Below, piece after piece: positions 1 to 12,166 of a stretch of DNA of 64,000 bases. This DNA comes from the human T2T-CHM13v2.0 reference genome, Homo sapiens. The position numbers and the translations under genes were made by a program. Positions within the stretch are counted from its first letter, which is position 1. Each line of letters begins with the position of its first letter. The notes beneath the pieces are model-generated. The model was given only the letters and a program-made list of their open reading frames with translations, ran no database searches and was not told the DNA's origin. The stretch is taken from assembly GCF_009914755.1 (NCBI RefSeq), contig NC_060939.1. One strand, given 5' to 3'.

Positions 1-3000
1 GTTTCTCAGAATGCTTCTATCGAGTTTTTGTGGGAAGATATTTCCTTTTCCAATAGAGTCCGCAAAGTGCTCCAAATATCCAATTTCAGATTCTACAAAA
101 AGAGTGTTTCAACACTGCTCAAACAAAAGAAAGTTTCAACTCTGTGAGTTGAATGCACACAGCACAAAGAAGTTTCTCTGATTGCTTCTGTCTAGTTTTT
201 ATGTGAAGATATTCCCTTTTCCACCATAGGCCCCAAAGCACAACAAATATCCACTTGCAGATTCTACAAAAAGTGTGTTTCAAAATAGCTCAATCAAAAG
301 AAAGGTTGAACTCTGTGAGTTGAATGCACACATCACAAAGAAGCTTGTCAGAATGCTTCTGTCATGTTTTTATGTGAAGACATTTCCTTTTCCACTAGAG
401 GCTGCCAAGCAATCAAATATCCACTTGCAGATACTACAAAAAGAGTGTTTCAAAACTGCTTAATCAAAAGAAATGTTCAAATCTGTGAGGTAAATGCACA
501 CATCACAAAGAAGTTTCTCAGAATGCTTCTGTCTAATTTTTATGTAAAGACATTTCCTTTTCCACCATAGACCTTAAAGTGCTCCAAGTATCAATTTGCA
601 TATACTACAAAAAGACTATTTCCAAACTGCTCAAACAAAATAGTTGTTCAACTCTGTGAGTTGAATGCACACGTCACAAAGAAGTTTCCCAGAATGCTTC
701 TGCCTAGTTTTTATGTGAAGATATTTCCTTTTTCATCATAGGCTGCCAATCACTCCAAATATCCACTTGCAGATTCTACAAAAAGAGTGTTTCAAAACTG
801 CTGAATCAAAAGAAAGGTTCAACTCTGTGAGATGAATGAAGACATCACAAAGAAGTTTCTCAGAATGCTTCTGTCTAATTTTTATGTTAAGGTATTTCCT
901 TTTCCACCATAGGCCTCAAAGCGTTCCAAAAATCCACTTGCAGATTCTACAAAAAGACTGTCTCAAAACTGCTCAATCAAAAGAAACGTTCAATTCTGTG
1001 AGAGGAATGCATACATCACAATGAAGTTTCTCAGAAAACTTCTGTCTAGTTTTTATGTGAAGATATTTCCTTTTCAGCCTTAGGCCACAAAGCACTCCAA
1101 ATATCCATTGCACATTCTACAAAAAGTGTGTTTCAAAACTGCTCAATCCAAAGAAAGGTTTAACTCTGTGAGTTGAATGCCCACATCACAAAGAAGTTTT
1201 CCCGAATGCTACTGTCTAGGTTTTATGTGAAGATATTTCCTTTTCCACTTTAGAAGCAAACCTCTCCAAATATACACTTGAAGATTCTACAAAAAGAGTG
1301 TTTCAAAACTGTTCAATGAAATGAAAGGTTCAACTCTGTGAGATGAATGCACACATCACAAAGAAGTTTCTCAGAATGCTTCTGTCTAGTTTTTAAGTGA
1401 CGATATTTCCTTTTCAACTATAGGCCGCAAAGCACTCCAAATATCCACTTGCACATTCTATAAAAAGAGTGTTTCAAAACTTCTCAATCAAAAGAAAGGT
1501 TCAACTCTGTGAGATGAACGTACACATCACAAAGAAGTTTCTCAGAAAGATTCTGTCTACTTTTTATGTGAAGATATTTCCTATTGCCCCAGAGGCCTGA
1601 ATGGGTTTCTCAAATATCCCTCTGCAGATTGTACAAAATGTCTGTTTCCAAACTGCTCAATCAAAAGAAAGGTTTACCTCTGTGATATGAATGCACACAT
1701 CATAAACAAGTTTCTCATAATGCTTCTGTCTGGTTTTAATGTGAAGATATTTCCCTTTCCACTGTAGTCCACAAAGCGCTCCAAATATACACTTGCAGAT
1801 TCTACAAGAGGACAGTTTCCAAACTGCTCAATCAAAAGAAAGATTCAACTCTGTGAGATGAATGCACAAGTCAGAAGAAGTTACTCAGAATGCTTCTGTC
1901 TAGCTTTTATGTGAAGTTTTTTCCTTTTCCACTATACGCCACAAAGCGCTCCAAATATACCCATGCAGGTATATAAAAAGAGGGTTTCCAAACTGCTCAA
2001 TCAAAAAAAAGGTTCAACTCTGTGAGATGAATGCAAAAATCACAGAGAAGTTTCTCAGAATGCTTCTGTCTAGGTTTTATGTGACGATATATCCTTTTCC
2101 TCTATAGGCCCCAAAACGCTACAAATATCCACTTGCAGATACTACAAGAAGAATGTTTCAAAACTGCTCAATCAAAAGAAAGGTTCAACTCTGTGAAATG
2201 AATGCACACATAAAAAAGAAGTTCCTCAGAATACTTCTATCAAGTTTTTATGTTAATATATTTCCTTTTTCAACGTATGCCTCAAAGCACTCCAAATAAC
2301 CATTTGCAGATAGTACAGAAAGACTGTTTCCAAACTGCTCAATCAAAAGAAAGGTTCAACTCTATGAGATGAATGCACACATCAGAAGGAAGTTTCTCAG
2401 AATGTTTCTGTCTAGTTCTTATCTGAAGATATTTCCTATTTCTTCAGAGGCCTCAGTTGTCTGAAAAATATCCCTCTACAGAGTCTACAAAATGACTGTT
2501 TCCAAACTGCGCAATCAACACAAAGGTTCAAGTCTGTGAAATGAAGGCACACATGACAAAGAAGTTTCTCAAATTGCTTCTGTCTATGTTTTATGTGAAG
2601 ATATATCCTTTTCAACATAGGTCGCAAAGCTCTCCAAATATCCACTTGCAGATTCTACAAAAACACTGATTCCAAACTACCTAATCAAAAGAAAGTTTCA
2701 ACTCTGTGAGATGAATGCACAGATCAAAAAGAAGTTTCTCAGAATGCTTCTGTCTAATTTTTATGTGGAGATATTTCCTTTTCCACCATAGGCCTCAAAG
2801 CTCTCAAAATATCCACCCAAAACATTTGACAAAAAGAGTGTTTAAAAACTGCTCAATCAAAAGAAAGTTTCAACTCTGTGAGATGAATACAGTCATCACA
2901 AATAAGTTTCTCAGAATGCTTCTATTATTTATGTGAATATATGTCCTTTTCCACCGTATGCCTCAATCCACTCCAAATATCCATTTGAACGTACTACAAA

Positions 3001-5815
3001 AAGAGTGTTTCAAAACTGATCAATCAAAACAAAAGTTCAACTCTGTGAGTTGAATGGACATATCACAAAGAAATTTCTCAGATTGCTTCTGTGTAGTTTT
3101 TATGTGAAGATATTTCCTTTTCCACCATGGGCCCCAAAGTGCTCCAAACATCCACATGCAGATTCTACAAAAAGAGTGTTTCAAAACTGCTCAATCAAAA
3201 GAAATATTCAACTCTGTGAGATGAGCGCACACATCACAAAGAAGTTTCTCAGAATCCTTCAGTCTAATTTTTATGTGAAGATATTTCCTTTTCCAACATA
3301 GGCCTCAAAGTGCTCCAAATATCCACTTACAGATTCTACAAAAAGACTGCTTCAAAACTGTTCAATCAATAGAAAGCTTCAACTCTGTGAGTTGAATGCA
3401 CACATTAAAAAGAAATTTCTCAGAATGCTTCTGTCTAATTTTTATTTAAAGATATTTCCTTTTCCACCACAGGCCTCAAAGTGCTCCAAATATCCACCTG
3501 CAGATTCTACAAAAAGAGTGTTTCAAAACTGCTTAATTAAAAGAAAGGTTCAACCCTGTGACATGAATGCACACATCACAAAGAAGTTTCTCAGAATGCT
3601 TCTGTCTAGTTTTTCTGTGAAGATATTTCCTTTTCCAGTAAAAGTCACAAATCAAGCAAAATATCCATTGCAGATACCATAAAAACTGTGTTTAAAAACT
3701 GCACAATCAAAAGAAAGGTTCAACGTTGTGAGTTTAATGCACGCATCACAAAGAAGTTTCTTAGAATGATTCTGCATAATTTTTATGTGAAGATATTTCC
3801 TTTTCCACCATAGGCCTCAAAGTGCTCCAAATATCCACTTGCAGATTGTACAAAAAGAGTGTTTCAACACTACTCAATTAAAAAAAAGGTTCAACTCTAT
3901 GAGATCAATGCAGACATCACAAAGAAGATTCTCAGAATGCTGCTGTTGAGTTTTTATATGAAGATATTTCCTTTTCCACCATAGGCAACAAGGTGCTGCA
4001 AACATGCACTTGCGGATTCTACAAAAGGACTATTTCAGAACTGCTCAATCAAAAGAAGGGTTCAACTTGGTAAGATGAAGGCACACATCAAAAAGAAGTT
4101 TCTCAGAATTCTTCTGTCAAGTTTTTATGTCAAGATACTTCCTTTTCCACCATAGACCTCAATGCGCTCAATCAAAAGAAAGGTTCAACTCTATGAGATA
4201 AATGCACACATGAGAAAGAAGTTTCTCCGAATGCTTCTGTCTAGTTTCTATATGAAGATATTTCTGTTTCCACCATAGACAGCAAAGTGCTCCAAATATC
4301 CAGTTGCAGGTTCTACAAAAAAGACTGGTTCAGAACTGCTCAGTCAAAAAAAAAAGGTTCAACTCTGTGATCTGAATGCACACATCACAAAGATGTTTGT
4401 CCGAATGCTTCTGTCTAGTTCTTATGTGAAGATATTTCCATTTCCAAGATAGGCCTCAAAGCGCTCCAAATATCCACTTGCAGATTGTACAAAAAGAGTG
4501 TTTCAAAACTGCTCAATCAAAAGAAGCATTCCACACTGTGAGATAAATGCTCACAGCACAAAGAGGTTTCTCAGAATGCTTGTCTAGTTTTTATGTGAAG
4601 ATATTTCCTTTTCCACCATAGGCCGCAAAGCACTCCAAATACAGATTTGGAGATTCTACAAAAAGAGTGTTTCCAAACTGCTCAATCAAAAGAAAGTCTC
4701 AACTCTGTAAGATAAATGCACACATCACAAACAAGTTTGTCAGAATGCTTCTGTCTAGTTTTACTTTGAAGATATTTTATTTTCCATCATAGACTGGAAA
4801 GCGCTCCAAATACTCATTTGCAGATTATACAAAAAGTGTGTTTCAAAACTGCTTAATCAAAAGAAGGGTTCAACTCTATGACACGAATGGACACATCACA
4901 AAGAATTTCTCAGAATGGTGCTGTCTAGTTTTTATTTGAAGATATTTTCTTTTCCACCATAGGCCGCTAAGGTCTCCAAATATTCACTTGCAGATTCTAC
5001 AGAAAGAGTACTTCAGAAATGCTGAATCAAAAGAAATTTTCAACTCGGTGAGGTGAATGCACACATCAAAAAGAAGTTTCTCAGAATGCTTCTGTCTAGT
5101 TTTTATGTGAAGATATTTCCTTTTCCACCTTAGGCCAAAAAGCGCTCCAGATATCCACTTGTAGATTCTACAAAAGGAGTGTTTCAAAACGGCTCAGTCA
5201 AAAGAAAGTTTCAACTCTATGAGTTCAATGCAGACATAACAAAGAAGTTCCACATAATGCTTCTGTATTGTTTTTATGTGAAGATATTTCCTTTTCCACC
5301 ATAGGTCCCAAAGTGCTCCAAATATCCACTTTCACATTCTACAAAAGGAGTGTTTCAAAACTGCTCTATCAAAAGAAAGATTCAACAATTTGAGATGAAT
5401 GCACACATAACAAAGTAGTTTCTCAGAATCCTTCTGTTTAGTTTTTAAGTGAAGATATTTCCTTTTCCACCGTAGGCCACAAAGAGCTGCAAATATCCAC
5501 TTGCAGATTCTACAAAAAAGAGTGTTTCAAAACTACTCTATCAAAAGAATTTTTCAACTATTTCAGATGAACGAACACATCACAAAGAACTTTCTCAGAA
5601 TGCTTCTGTCTAGTTTTTATGTGAAGATATTTCCTTTTCCACCAAAGACCTCAAAGCGCCCAAAATATCCCCTTGCAGATTCTTCAAAAACTGTTTCAAA
5701 ACTATTCAATGAAAAGAAACGTTCAACTCTGTGAGATGAATGCACACATCACACAGAAGTTTCTCAGAATGCTTCTGTCTAGTTTTTATGTGAAGATATT
5801 TGCTTTTCCACCATA
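1..5815 (-). repeat. Monomeric alpha-satellite (A-type monomers, ~171 bp)
   Basis: ~171-bp period of TTCAACTCTGTGAG-ATGAATGCACACATCACAAAGAAGTTTCTCAGAATGCTTCTG, the reverse complement of the usual alpha consensus. Neighbours are clearly diverged. The box position reads TTTCCTTTTCCACCATAG (pJalpha-type), not a CENP-B box. Confidence 0.97.
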
Positions 5816-8452
5816 GGCCCCAAAGGGCTCCAAATATCCACTTGCAGATTGTACAAAAAGAGTGTTTCAAAACTGCTCAATCAAAAGGAAGTTTCACCTT
5901 TGTGAGATGGATGCACACATCACAGTACAGTTTCTCAGAGTGATTCTGTCTAGCTTTTATACGAAGATATTTCCTTTTCCCCCATAGGCTGCAAAGCGCT
6001 CCAAATATCCATTTGCAGATTCCACAAGAAGTGTGCTTCAAAACTGCTCAATCAAAAGAAAGGCTCAACTCTGTGAGATGAACGCACGCATCACAAAGAA
6101 GCTACTCGGAATGCTTCTGTCGAGCTTTTATGTGATGATATTTCCTTTTCCACCATAGGCCCCAAACCACTCCAAATATCTGCTTGCAGATACTAAAAAA
6201 AGAGTGTTTCAAAACTTCTCAAACAAAAGCAAGGTTGAATTCTGTGAGATGAGCGTACACATCACAAAGAAGTTTCTGAGAATGCTTCTGTCTAGTTTTT
6301 ATGTGAAGGTATTTCCTTTTCCACCATTGGCCGCAAAGCACTCCAAATATACACTTGCAGATTCTACAAAAAGAGTGTTTCACAGCTGCTCAATCAAAAG
6401 AAAGGCTGAACTCTGTGAGATGAATGCACTTATCAGAAAGAAGTTTCTTAGAATGCTTCTGTCTCGTTTTTAAGTGAAGACATTTCCTTTTCCATCATAG
6501 GCCTCAAAGCGCTCCAAATATCCACTTCCAGATTCTACAAAAAGAGTGTTTCAAAACTGAACCATCAAAAGAAAGGTTTAACACTATGAGACGAATGCAC
6601 ACATCACAAAGCTGTATCTCAGAATGCTTCTGTCTAGTTTTTATGTGAAGATATTTCCTTTTCCACCATAGGACTCAAAGAACTCTAAATCTCCACTTGC
6701 AGATTCTACAGAGGGTTTCAAAACTGCTCAAGGAAAAGAAAGGTTCAACTCTGCGAGATGAATGGACACCTCACAGAGAAGTCTCTCAGAATTCTTCTGT
6801 GATGTTTTTATGTGAAGATAATGCTTTTCAACCATAGGCCTCAAAGCGCTCCATATATCCAATTGCAGATTCCACAAAAAGACTGTTTCAAAACTGTTCA
6901 ATTGAAAGAAAGGTTCAACTCTGTGAGATGAATGCACAAATCACAAAGAGGTTTCTCAGAATGTTTCTGCCTAGTTTTTGTGCGAAGATAATTCCTTTTC
7001 CCACATAGGCCGCAAAGTGCTCCAAATACACACTTGCAGATTCTACATAAAGAGTTTTTCAAAACTGCTCAATCAAAAGAAACTGCTCATTCAACTCTGT
7101 GAGATGAATGTATACATCACAAAGTAGTTTCTCAGAATGCTTCCGTTTTTGTGTGAAGATATTTCCCTTTTCACCATAGGCCACAAGGCGTCCCAAATAT
7201 CTACTGGCAGTTTCTACAAAGAGACTGTTTCAAAACTGCTCAATCAAAAGAAAGACTCAACTCTGTGAGATGCATGCACACATCACAAAGTAGTTTCTCA
7301 GAGTGCTTCTGTCTAGTTTTTATGTGAAGATATTTCCTTTTCCACCATAGGCCTCAAAGTGCTCCAAATATTCACTTGCAGATTCTACAAAAAGAGTGTT
7401 TCAAAACTGCTCAATAAAAAGACAGGTTCAACTCTGTGAGATGAATGCACACATCAAAAAGAAGTTTCCCAGAATACTTCTGTCTAGTTTTTATATGAAG
7501 GTATTGCCTTTTACACCATAGGCCGCAAATCATGCCAAATATCCACTTGCAGATTCTCCAAAAAGGTGTTTCTTAACTACTCAATTAAAACAAAGGTTCA
7601 ACTTTGTGTGATGGACGCATACATTACAAGGAAGTTTCACAGAATGCTTCTGCCTAGATTTTAGGTGAAGGTATTTCCTTTTCCACCATAGTCCTCAAAA
7701 ACCTTCAAATATCCACTTACACATTCTCCAAAAGAGGGTTTCCAAACTGCTCAGTCAAAAGATAGGTTAAACACTGTGAGATGAATGCACACATCACAAA
7801 GGAGTTTCTCAGAATGCTTCTGTCTACTTTTTATGTGAAGATATTTTCTTTTACACCATAGGCTGCAAATCGCTCCAAATATCCAATAGCAGACTCTAGA
7901 AAAGCAGAGTTGCAAACTGCTCAATCAAAAGAAAGTTTCACCTTTATGTGATGAATGCACACATCACAAAGAAGTTTCTCAGAATGCTTCTGTCTGGTTT
8001 TTATGGGAAGATATTGCCTTTTCCACCATAGACCACAAAGCGCTCCAAATATCCTCTTGCAGGTTCTACAAAGAGAGTGTTTCAAAACTGCTCCATCAAA
8101 AGAAATGTACAACTCTGTGAGATGAACGCACACATCACAAAGAAGCTTCTCAGAATGATCTGTCTAGATTTTATGTGAAGATATTTCCTTTTCCAGCAAG
8201 GGCCTCAAAGCGCTCCAAATATCCACTTGCAGATTATACAAAAAGAGTTTTTCAAAAATGTTCAATCAAAAGAAAGGTTCAACTCTGTGTGATGAATGCA
8301 CCCGTCACAAAGAAGTTTCTCAGAATGCTTCTGATTAGTTTTTATGTGAAGATATTTCCTTCTGCTCTATAGGATTCAAAGCGCTCCTAATATCCATTTT
8401 CAGATACTACCAAAAGACTGTCTCCACACTGCTCAATCAAAAGAATAGTTCA

Positions 8453-8760
8453 GGCCGGGCGCGGTGGTTCACGCCTGTAATCCCAGTGCTTTGGGAGGCC
8501 GAGGCGGGCGGATCACGAGTTCAGGAGATCGAGACCATCCCGGCTAAAACGGTGAAACCCCGTCTCTACTAAAAATACAAAAAATTAGCCGGGCGTAGTG
8601 GCGGGCGCCTGTAGTCCCAGCTAATTGGGAGGCTGAGGCAGGAGAATGACGTGAACCCGGGAGGCGGAGCTTGCAGTGAGCCGAGATCCCGGCCAACTGC
8701 GCTCCAGCCTGGGCGACAGAGCGAGACTCCGTCTCAAAAAAAAAAAAAAAAAAAAAAAAA
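8453..8760 (+). mobile_element. AluYa5, array copy 1 (A25 tail)
   Basis: Full-length dimeric Alu with Ya5 diagnostics CATCCCGGCTAAAACG, GGCGTAGTGGCG, TTGGGAGG, GATCCCG. TSD AAAAGAATAGTTCA (8439-8452) / AAAAGAGTAGTTCA (8762-8775). Confidence 0.95.
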
Positions 8761-11700
8761 GAAAAGAGTAGTTCAACTCTGTCAGTTGAATGCACACATC
8801 ACAAGGAAATTTCTAAGAATGCTTCTGTCTAGTTTTTATGTGAAGATATTTCCTTTTCCACCGTAGGCCTCAAAGCCCTCCAAGTATCCACTTGTAAATT
8901 CTACAAAAAGAGAGTTTCAATACTTCTCAATCAAAAGAAAAGTTCAACTCTGTGGGGTGAATGCACACATCAAAAAACAGCTTCTCAGAATGCCTCTGTC
9001 TAGTTTTTATATGAAGATATTTCCTGTTCCACCATAGGCCACAAAGCACTCCAAATATCCATTTTCAGATTCCACAAAAAGAGTGTTTCAAAACTGCCCA
9101 ATAAAAAAAAAAGTTCAACTCTGTGAGATGAAGGCACACCTCACAAAGAAGATTCTCAGAATGCTTCTGTGTAGTTTTTATGTGAAGATATTTCCTTTTC
9201 CACCATGGGCCCCAAAGGGCTCCAAATATCCACTTGCAGATTGTACAAAAAGAGTGTTTCAAAACTGCTCAATCAAAAGGAAGTTTCACCTTTGTGAGAT
9301 GGATGCACACATCACAGTACAGTTTCTCAGAGTGATTCTGTCTAGCTTTTATACGAAGATATTTCCTTTTCCCCCATAGGCTGCAAAGCGCTCCAAATAT
9401 CCATTTGCAGATTCCACAAGAAGTGTGCTTCAAAACTGCTCAATCAAAAGAAAGGCTCAACTCTGTGAGATGAACGCACGCATCACAAAGAAGCTACTCG
9501 GAATGCTTCTGTCGAGCTTTTATGTGATGATATTTCCTTTTCCACCATAGGCCCCAAACCACTCCAAATATCTGCTTGCAGATACTAAAAAAAGAGTGTT
9601 TCAAAACTTCTCAAACAAAAGCAAGGTTGAATTCTGTGAGATGAGCGTACACATCACAAAGAAGTTTCTGAGAATGCTTCTGTCTAGTTTTTATGTGAAG
9701 GTATTTCCTTTTCCACCATTGGCCGCAAAGCACTCCAAATATACACTTGCAGATTCTACAAAAAGAGTGTTTCACAGCTGCTCAATCAAAAGAAAGGCTG
9801 AACTCTGTGAGATGAATGCACTTATCAGAAAGAAGTTTCTTAGAATGCTTCTGTCTCGTTTTTAAGTGAAGACATTTCCTTTTCCATCATAGGCCTCAAA
9901 GCGCTCCAAATATCCACTTCCAGATTCTACAAAAAGAGTGTTTCAAAACTGAACCATCAAAAGAAAGGTTTAACACTATGAGACGAATGCACACATCACA
10001 AAGCTGTATCTCAGAATGCTTCTGTCTAGTTTTTATGTGAAGATATTTCCTTTTCCACCATAGGACTCAAAGAACTCTAAATCTCCACTTGCAGATTCTA
10101 CAGAGGGTTTCAAAACTGCTCAAGGAAAAGAAAGGTTCAACTCTGCGAGATGAATGGACACCTCACAGAGAAGTCTCTCAGAATTCTTCTGTGATGTTTT
10201 TATGTGAAGATAATGCTTTTCAACCATAGGCCTCAAAGCGCTCCATATATCCAATTGCAGATTCCACAAAAAGACTGTTTCAAAACTGTTCAATTGAAAG
10301 AAAGGTTCAACTCTGTGAGATGAATGCACAAATCACAAAGAGGTTTCTCAGAATGTTTCTGCCTAGTTTTTGTGCGAAGATAATTCCTTTTCCCACATAG
10401 GCCGCAAAGTGCTCCAAATACACACTTGCAGATTCTACATAAAGAGTTTTTCAAAACTGCTCAATCAAAAGAAACTGCTCATTCAACTCTGTGAGATGAA
10501 TGTATACATCACAAAGTAGTTTCTCAGAATGCTTCCGTTTTTGTGTGAAGATATTTCCCTTTTCACCATAGGCCACAAGGCGTCCCAAATATCTACTGGC
10601 AGTTTCTACAAAGAGACTGTTTCAAAACTGCTCAATCAAAAGAAAGACTCAACTCTGTGAGATGCATGCACACATCACAAAGTAGTTTCTCAGAGTGCTT
10701 CTGTCTAGTTTTTATGTGAAGATATTTCCTTTTCCACCATAGGCCTCAAAGTGCTCCAAATATTCACTTGCAGATTCTACAAAAAGAGTGTTTCAAAACT
10801 GCTCAATAAAAAGACAGGTTCAACTCTGTGAGATGAATGCACACATCAAAAAGAAGTTTCCCAGAATACTTCTGTCTAGTTTTTATATGAAGGTATTGCC
10901 TTTTACACCATAGGCCGCAAATCATGCCAAATATCCACTTGCAGATTCTCCAAAAAGGTGTTTCTTAACTACTCAATTAAAACAAAGGTTCAACTTTGTG
11001 TGATGGACGCATACATTACAAGGAAGTTTCACAGAATGCTTCTGCCTAGATTTTAGGTGAAGGTATTTCCTTTTCCACCATAGTCCTCAAAAACCTTCAA
11101 ATATCCACTTACACATTCTCCAAAAGAGGGTTTCCAAACTGCTCAGTCAAAAGATAGGTTAAACACTGTGAGATGAATGCACACATCACAAAGGAGTTTC
11201 TCAGAATGCTTCTGTCTACTTTTTATGTGAAGATATTTTCTTTTACACCATAGGCTGCAAATCGCTCCAAATATCCAATAGCAGACTCTAGAAAAGCAGA
11301 GTTGCAAACTGCTCAATCAAAAGAAAGTTTCACCTTTATGTGATGAATGCACACATCACAAAGAAGTTTCTCAGAATGCTTCTGTCTGGTTTTTATGGGA
11401 AGATATTGCCTTTTCCACCATAGACCACAAAGCGCTCCAAATATCCTCTTGCAGGTTCTACAAAGAGAGTGTTTCAAAACTGCTCCATCAAAAGAAATGT
11501 ACAACTCTGTGAGATGAACGCACACATCACAAAGAAGCTTCTCAGAATGATCTGTCTAGATTTTATGTGAAGATATTTCCTTTTCCAGCAAGGGCCTCAA
11601 AGCGCTCCAAATATCCACTTGCAGATTATACAAAAAGAGTTTTTCAAAAATGTTCAATCAAAAGAAAGGTTCAACTCTGTGTGATGAATGCACCCGTCAC

Positions 11701-11844
11701 AAAGAAGTTTCTCAGAATGCTTCTGATTAGTTTTTATGTGAAGATATTTCCTTCTGCTCTATAGGATTCAAAGCGCTCCTAATATCCATTTTCAGATACT
11801 ACCAAAAGACTGTCTCCACACTGCTCAATCAAAAGAATAGTTCA

Positions 11845-12166
<322 letters not shown>

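Noticed and set aside
8439-8775. Alu+TSD (~323 bp) approximating two monomers and preserving nucleosome register
   Set aside because: It is about 18 bp short of a dimer, and any full-length Alu has this size, so there is no evidence of selection.
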